Shown: positions 59,133 to 64,000 of the stretch, in pieces
Layout of the letters: each line of letters begins with the position of its first letter
Position numbering within the stretch: position 1 is the stretch's first letter
The notes under the pieces: model-generated
The model's input: the letters and a program-made list of their open reading frames with translations, nothing else
Told to the model about the DNA's origin: nothing
Databases searched by the model: none
NCBI GenBank assembly: GCA_963714975.1
Contig: CAVQQD010000002.1
Coordinates: forward strand, 96,001 to 160,000
Source of the DNA: an uncultured Gammaproteobacteria bacterium
GTDB taxonomy: Bacteria > Pseudomonadota > Gammaproteobacteria > JAURND01
DNA: 64,000 nucleotides
Direction of reading: 5' to 3'
Program-made: the position numbers and the translations under genes

Positions 59133-59543
59133 GTGGAAATTTTTAATTATGAAGATAATCAGAAAGAGTTTAATCTTGGAAAGGGTAATTTACTAAAAGA
59201 AGAAATTGCGACCAGAAAAATTCATAATAATATTTTGAGCCAATATTCAGATTCTTTATCCAAGGAAAATGAATCTAGAGCCAAGTGTTCGTTTGGAATA
59301 TTTTTGGCTGTTTCTATTTATATCCTGATTTCTCTAATTTTAGTTATTTTTAATCATTCGTTTATTGAAGTGAAAGGTTATGTAATTGGCTTTAGTATTA
59401 GTGACAAAGTTCTTATGGCTTTAATTGGATCCACTTCAATCAATGTTATAGGTTTGGTAACTATTGTATTGAAGTTCATGTTTACTAATCATCATCATAA
59501 AATATTAGACAGTCGTTATAGCCTGACAACGGGAATTCGCTAG
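59133..59543 (+). CDS. Two-TM hypothetical protein, candidate partner toxin
   Basis: Directly follows the DUF4065 gene, AT-rich, SDKVLMALIGSTSINVIGL membrane motif. Confidence 0.65.
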   Translation: MEIFNYEDNQKEFNLGKGNLLKEEIATRKIHNNILSQYSDSLSKENESRAKCSFGIFLAVSIYILISLILVIFNHSFIEVKGYVIGFSISDKVLMALIGSTSINVIGLVTIVLKFMFTNHHHKILDSRYSLTTGIR

Positions 59544-59572
59544 GCCTTTGTTGAGGGTGGCATCTGGCAGGA

Positions 59573-59782
59573 AACGTGCACGAAATAATTCCGGCATAAT
59601 CTGAGCCTGGCATTGAGGCTGAGAGAGTCAAACGGCCGAGGAGGTGCGGCCCACGGAGGTGGGGCCCCCAAACCGTGCTACGCGCGGTGGGGTGGCCGCA
59701 GTAGGCGGATCCCCGCAGGCCGCTTGACTCTCTCAGCCTCAATGCCAGGCTCAGATTATGCCGGAATTATTTCGTGCACGTT
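59573..59782. repeat. Palindromic element with 59-bp perfect inverted arms
   Basis: Arms 59573-59631 and 59724-59782 around a 92-nt GC-rich core. Confidence 0.92.
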
Positions 59783-59787
59783 CCTCT

Positions 59788-61599
59788 TTACCCCCGCTCC
59801 GCGCGCTTACGATCTGGCTCCTTAAGAAATTTTTTACGTAGACGAATCGAAGAAGGTGTTACTTCCACCAATTCATCTTCATTGATAAATTCTAGTGCTT
59901 GTTCCAGTGATAATTTAATCGGGGGTGTTAACAAAATATTTTCATCTGAGCCGGCAGCGCGGATATTGGTTAATTGCTTGCCTTTAATCACATTCACGAC
60001 CAAATCATTTTCGCGCGAATGCAGGCCGATGATCATCCCTTCATAGACTTCAGTTTGGGGCTCAATTAACATGCGGCCGCGTTCTTCCAAATTCCACAGC
60101 GAGTAAGCCGTTGCCTTACCTGGCGCGTTGGCAATCATCACCCCATTTTTTCGCTCTCCGAGTGAAGTTTTAACCTGCGGGCCATAGTGATCGAACACGT
60201 GATACATCAATCCCGTACCCGAAGTTGAGGTTAAAAATTCGGTGTGAAAACCAATTAAACCTCGAGTTGGAATCACATAATCGAGACGCACCCGGCCCCT
60301 GCCATCCGGTACCATATCTTTAAGTTGGGCTTTACGCGCGGCCAATTTTTCCATAATCGAGCCTTGATGAATTTCTTCGATATCGACAACTAAATTTTCA
60401 TAGGGTTCAGTAATTTCTCCGGCTGCTTCCCGAATGACGACTTCCGGGCGGCAAATGCCCAATTCATACCCCTCACGGCGCATGGTTTCGATTAAAATAC
60501 CGATATGTAACTCACCTCGCCCTGAGACCTTAAATTTATCCGGATCACCCGTATCCTCCACACGCAGAGCTACGTTGGCAATTAATTCACGTTGCAGGCG
60601 CTCACGGATTTGTCGACTCGTGACGTATTTTCCATCTTTTCCCGCAAAAGGAGAGTTATTCACTTGAAAGGTCATCGATACCGTCGGCTCATCTACGGTC
60701 AGGGCTGGCAAAGCTTCCACTTGATTGGGGTCACATAAGGTGTCGGAGATGCGTAAGTTTTCAATTCCAGTTACGGCAATAATGTCACCTGCTTCGGCTT
60801 CGGGAATTTCCACCCGATCCAATCCTAAGTAACCCAGGACTTGTAGCACTCGCCCCTGCCGTACCTTAGCATCTCGATCAATAATGGCGATGGGCATATT
60901 GGTTTTAATTTTTCCGCGGGTAATTCGGCCCACCCCAATGGCGCCGACATAACTGGAATAATCCAAGGAGCTGATTTGCATTTGCAATGGGCCACTGATG
61001 TCTACTTTGGGAGGGGCTACTTTTTCGATAATCGTGTTAAATAAGGGTTCCATATCGCTGCTGGGAACCTTGGGGTCTAGGGTGGCATAACCTAGTAAAG
61101 CTGAGGTATAGATGATAGGAAAATCGAGTTGTTCATGGCTGGCGCCTAGGCGATCAAATAAATCAAAAACTTGATCGACTACCCAGTCGGGCCTTGCCCC
61201 AGGTCGATCAATTTTATTGACGACTAGAATGGGGTGCAGGCCGTGCTGAAAAGCTTTCAAGGTGACAAAGCGAGTTTGTGGCATGGGGCCATCAACGGCG
61301 TCCACGAGCAATAAAACGGAATCAACCATCGATAAAATACGTTCGACTTCGCCACCAAAATCGGCATGTCCTGGGGTATCAACAATATTGATGCGATAAT
61401 CTCCCCATTCAATCGCGGTGTTTTTCGCTAGAATGGTAATTCCGCGTTCTTTTTCTAACTCATTAGTGTCCATGATACGTTCAGTCTGCGCCGCGCGCCC
61501 TTTCACCGTGCCGCTTTGCTGCAGTAGTTTGTCCACTAAGGTAGTTTTGCCATGATCGACATGGGCAATAATAGCAATGTTACGTAAGTTTGTTGTCAT
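59788..61599 (-). CDS. typA: Translational GTPase TypA/BipA
   Basis: [47 protein letters not shown]. Confidence 0.98.
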   Translation of the reverse strand: MTTNLRNIAIIAHVDHGKTTLVDKLLQQSGTVKGRAAQTERIMDTNELEKERGITILAKNTAIEWGDYRINIVDTPGHADFGGEVERILSMVDSVLLLVDAVDGPMPQTRFVTLKAFQHGLHPILVVNKIDRPGARPDWVVDQVFDLFDRLGASHEQLDFPIIYTSALLGYATLDPKVPSSDMEPLFNTIIEKVAPPKVDISGPLQMQISSLDYSSYVGAIGVGRITRGKIKTNMPIAIIDRDAKVRQGRVLQVLGYLGLDRVEIPEAEAGDIIAVTGIENLRISDTLCDPNQVEALPALTVDEPTVSMTFQVNNSPFAGKDGKYVTSRQIRERLQRELIANVALRVEDTGDPDKFKVSGRGELHIGILIETMRREGYELGICRPEVVIREAAGEITEPYENLVVDIEEIHQGSIMEKLAARKAQLKDMVPDGRGRVRLDYVIPTRGLIGFHTEFLTSTSGTGLMYHVFDHYGPQVKTSLGERKNGVMIANAPGKATAYSLWNLEERGRMLIEPQTEVYEGMIIGLHSRENDLVVNVIKGKQLTNIRAAGSDENILLTPPIKLSLEQALEFINEDELVEVTPSSIRLRKKFLKEPDRKRAERG

Positions 61600-62699
61600 A
61601 TTTTGTGTTTATGCATTATTTCCACAAAATAGTCAAATAATCTACTCATATCATGGGGCCCTGGGCTGGCTTCAGGATGGCCTTGGAAGCTAAACGCGGG
61701 CTTACTGACATGGTGGATGCCTTGCAGACTACCATCAAACAGTGAATGATGGGTGGGACGTAGGGTAGAGGGTAAGCTGGCTTCATCAACAGCAAAACCA
61801 TGGTTTTGGCTGGTAATCATGACTTTCTGAGTTTCTAAGTCTTTGACCGGATGGTTGGCGCCGTGATGACCAAATTTCATCTTACTGGTTTTTGCTCCGC
61901 AGGCTAGGGCAAGGAGCTGGTGGCCTAAACAAATGCCGAACAGAGGGATATTTTGATCCATGAAAATCTTAATAGCCTCAACCGCATAAGAACAAGCCGC
62001 AGGGTCGCCAGGGCCATTGGATAAGAAAATGCCGTCTGGATGAAGTGCCAAGGCTTCTTGTGCTGAGGTTTGAGCCGGGACTACTGTCACTTGGCAGCCA
62101 CTGGTGGCAAGTTGCTGGAGGATATTGCGCTTAATGCCAAAATCATAGGCAACGACATGAAAGCGCGCCTGGTTTGTCGAGCTGTCAGTCCAGGTGTAGG
62201 TAGTGCGAGTACTGACTTCTTTTGCCAGGTCCAGGCCATTGAGACCCATGAACGTCTGCGCTGCCTGCAGGGCTGTGGTCTCGTTTAGATTTTCTTCGGC
62301 CAGAATGCAGCCGTTCAGCGCGCCTTTTTCACGCAGCAATCGGGTAAGCCGGCGAGTATCAATATCAGCAATGGCAGTAAGCTGGTGTTGCAGTAAGTAG
62401 TCGCTTAAGGTCAGTTTCATGCGCCAATTGCTGGCGATGGATGAAAGACTGCGGATCACTAATCCAGCAGCCCAAATCCGGTCTGATTCTTCATCTTCGC
62501 TATTAGTTCCTACATTACCAATATGCGGGTAAGTCAGGGTAACAATTTGTTTTGCATAAGAAGGATCGGTGAGAATTTCTTGATAACCGGTGATGGCGGT
62601 ATTAAATACTACTTCCCCAATGGTTTGACCCGGGACCCCAATTGAGGTACCCCGGAATATACTGCCATCTTCGAGTACTAATAGAGCAGATTTTTGCAT
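61596..62699 (-). CDS. carA: Carbamoyl-phosphate synthase small subunit
   Basis: [36 protein letters not shown]. Confidence 0.98.
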   Translation of the reverse strand: MQKSALLVLEDGSIFRGTSIGVPGQTIGEVVFNTAITGYQEILTDPSYAKQIVTLTYPHIGNVGTNSEDEESDRIWAAGLVIRSLSSIASNWRMKLTLSDYLLQHQLTAIADIDTRRLTRLLREKGALNGCILAEENLNETTALQAAQTFMGLNGLDLAKEVSTRTTYTWTDSSTNQARFHVVAYDFGIKRNILQQLATSGCQVTVVPAQTSAQEALALHPDGIFLSNGPGDPAACSYAVEAIKIFMDQNIPLFGICLGHQLLALACGAKTSKMKFGHHGANHPVKDLETQKVMITSQNHGFAVDEASLPSTLRPTHHSLFDGSLQGIHHVSKPAFSFQGHPEASPGPHDMSRLFDYFVEIMHKHKI

Positions 62700-62744
62700 A
62701 ACATAACAGTTCCAAAAACAGTGATAATCTGAATTCTACGTTAT

Positions 62745-63314
62745 CTAATCTGCATAAGGAAGTAATGCAGAATTCTCGCCTTCGGCATCTCGATAATGCT
62801 CCAGAATGGGGGTAAAGAAATCAGCATTTCTGGGCAAATTTGAGTTCAGCGAGCTTAAAAAGAGTGTTTTTTGCTCTTCTAGCCCGTATTTTGCCACAAC
62901 AGCAGCAAAATCCTTCAGTTGCGCAGCAATTGCCATAGTAAGTTTCTCATCGGGTAATGACATGAATTGAATGCTCTGAATCATCGCATTTGCAGCTGTT
63001 TTGGTAGTATGGATCACCCGCCCTTTTTCCACTCGGTAGACCGCTATAATATCTTTCATGTGCTGCAAAAATTGGTGGGTCCCAGAATAACGTAAACGCG
63101 TGTTGACATTCTGTGTGTCCAGATTTGCTTTATTGAGCACATTGACTGTCAACTGATAGAGCGCGTTCTCACGCCCTGGCAATTTTTTATCTAACCCCAG
63201 TTCAGAGAGCTTTTTAGTGCTTTCTTCAGGAAAATGCTTTTTAATCAAAAGCTTATATTCCTTTAATAGTTTTGTTGCCACATAAGAAAATTCGTACATA
63301 AGCCTCAGTTTCAT
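62745..63314 (-). CDS. Hypothetical helical protein behind a PmrA-type box
   Basis: Clean ORF of about 189 aa; no family recognised. Confidence 0.7.
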   Translation of the reverse strand: MKLRLMYEFSYVATKLLKEYKLLIKKHFPEESTKKLSELGLDKKLPGRENALYQLTVNVLNKANLDTQNVNTRLRYSGTHQFLQHMKDIIAVYRVEKGRVIHTTKTAANAMIQSIQFMSLPDEKLTMAIAAQLKDFAAVVAKYGLEEQKTLFLSSLNSNLPRNADFFTPILEHYRDAEGENSALLPYAD

Positions 63315-63368
63315 GAATGTTACCAATTATTTTTAACCTTCGATAAGCCTATTATAAGCCTACTCTAC

Positions 63369-63384
63369 TTAACAAAATATTAAG
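63369..63384 (-). promoter_or_regulatory. PmrA-type box
   Basis: Minus strand cTTAAtaTTttgTTAA, with TAGGCT 6 nt and TATAAT 12 nt downstream. Confidence 0.7.
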
Positions 63385-63419
63385 AGCCCGAAAAAAATTT
63401 ACGAAATTAAGAACTAGGG

Positions 63420-63485
63420 CCCCTCCTCCGCTAGCCTGCCCTGAGCCTGTCAAAGGGGCGCCTTCTCCCACAAGGGGAGAAGGAG
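63420..63485. repeat. Composite hairpin repeat (ccctgagcctgtcaaaggg plus boxC-like hairpin)
   Basis: gccttctccccacaaggggagaagg at 63460-63483. Confidence 0.75.
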
Positions 63486-63498
63486 AAAAAATTTGCTA

Positions 63499-63528
63499 CC
63501 CTTGAATTCTTGACTCTAATCCCTATAT
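63499..63528 (+). promoter_or_regulatory. sigma32 heat-shock promoter of groES
   Basis: CCCTTGAA ... CCCTATAT, close to the CTTGAA/CCCCATNT consensus. Confidence 0.75.
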
Positions 63529-63631
63529 ACCATTAGCACTTGCTTCATTATGGGCGGGTGCTATGAGCTCGTGTTACCCGTGAAGTAATGAAATGGGCGC
63601 AGTCTAAAATTTAAATGTTGGAGAAAATTGC

Positions 63632-63922
63632 ATGAACTTAAAGCCATTAAATGATCGCGTTGCAGTCAAACGCATTGAAAAAGAAGCCACGACAAAATCG
63701 GGCATTGTACTTCCTGATACAGCGAAAGAAAAACCCATTGAAGGAGAAGTGATAGCAGTTGGCAATGGTAAGCTGGATGAAAGAGGTCAGCGCGTCAGCC
63801 TAAGTGTTAAACCAGGTGATCGAGTATTGTTTGGTAAGTACGCTGGCACCGAAATCAAGCGTAATGATGAAGAAATCGTCATCTTACGTGAGGAAGAGCT
63901 TCTTGCTACTGTTGAAGATTAA
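63632..63922 (+). CDS. groES: Co-chaperonin GroES
   Basis: LKPLNDRV, SGIVLPDTAKEKP, GKYAGTE. Confidence 0.98.
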   Translation: MNLKPLNDRVAVKRIEKEATTKSGIVLPDTAKEKPIEGEVIAVGNGKLDERGQRVSLSVKPGDRVLFGKYAGTEIKRNDEEIVILREEELLATVED

Positions 63923-63951
63923 TTGTCAACCAATTTGGAGAAATAAATAGA

Positions 63952-64000
63952 ATGAGTGCTAAAGATATTAAATACGCAGATAACTCTCGTGATTCCATCA
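63952..64000 (+). CDS. groEL: Chaperonin GroEL, 5' fragment cut by the window edge
   Basis: GGAG RBS, MSAKDIKYADNSRDSI directly after groES. Confidence 0.8.
   Translation, partial: MSAKDIKYADNSRDSI

Noticed and set aside
59485-59825. Two ORFs with near-identical peptides on opposite strands
   Set aside because: They are a by-product of the 59-bp inverted repeat.

Overview
Chromosomal segment of a gammaproteobacterium that looks Legionellales/Coxiellaceae-like (inferred from gene content and order, PmrA-type boxes and effector-like orphans; not checked against a database). The backbone is housekeeping: aceE-aceF-lpdA with a vapBC pair inserted, dapE, dapD, tRNA-Pro/Arg/His, rppH-ptsP, def-fmt, glyA-nrdR-nusB-thiL-pgpA-folE, polA, secA, mutT, zapD, pit, coaD, rph, carA-typA and groES with the start of groEL. 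An accessory block at about 17.3-32.7 kb holds two paralogous effector-like genes (one split by an IS1380-family element), three copies of an AAA-ATPase/PD-(D/E)XK gene in different states of decay, and MATE/ABC/nucleotidyltransferase/GNAT cargo. A second block at about 54-59.8 kb holds an IS4-split AAA_14-DUF4143 gene, an Rpn remnant, a receiver-domain gene and a Panacea (DUF4065) pair. Palindromic repeats of several families are abundant. The most notable observations are: a DUF559 endonuclease inside long inverted repeats with a gene-less deletion derivative 30 kb away; an SpvC/OspF-like fold in the effector paralogues; a candidate sRNA between nusB and thiL; an identical ATG-GGC-GCA-GTC-TAA 15-mer at the same position upstream of aceF and groES; and loss of the NrdR ATP-cone together with the rib genes. 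No CRISPR array, rRNA or reverse transcriptase was seen.
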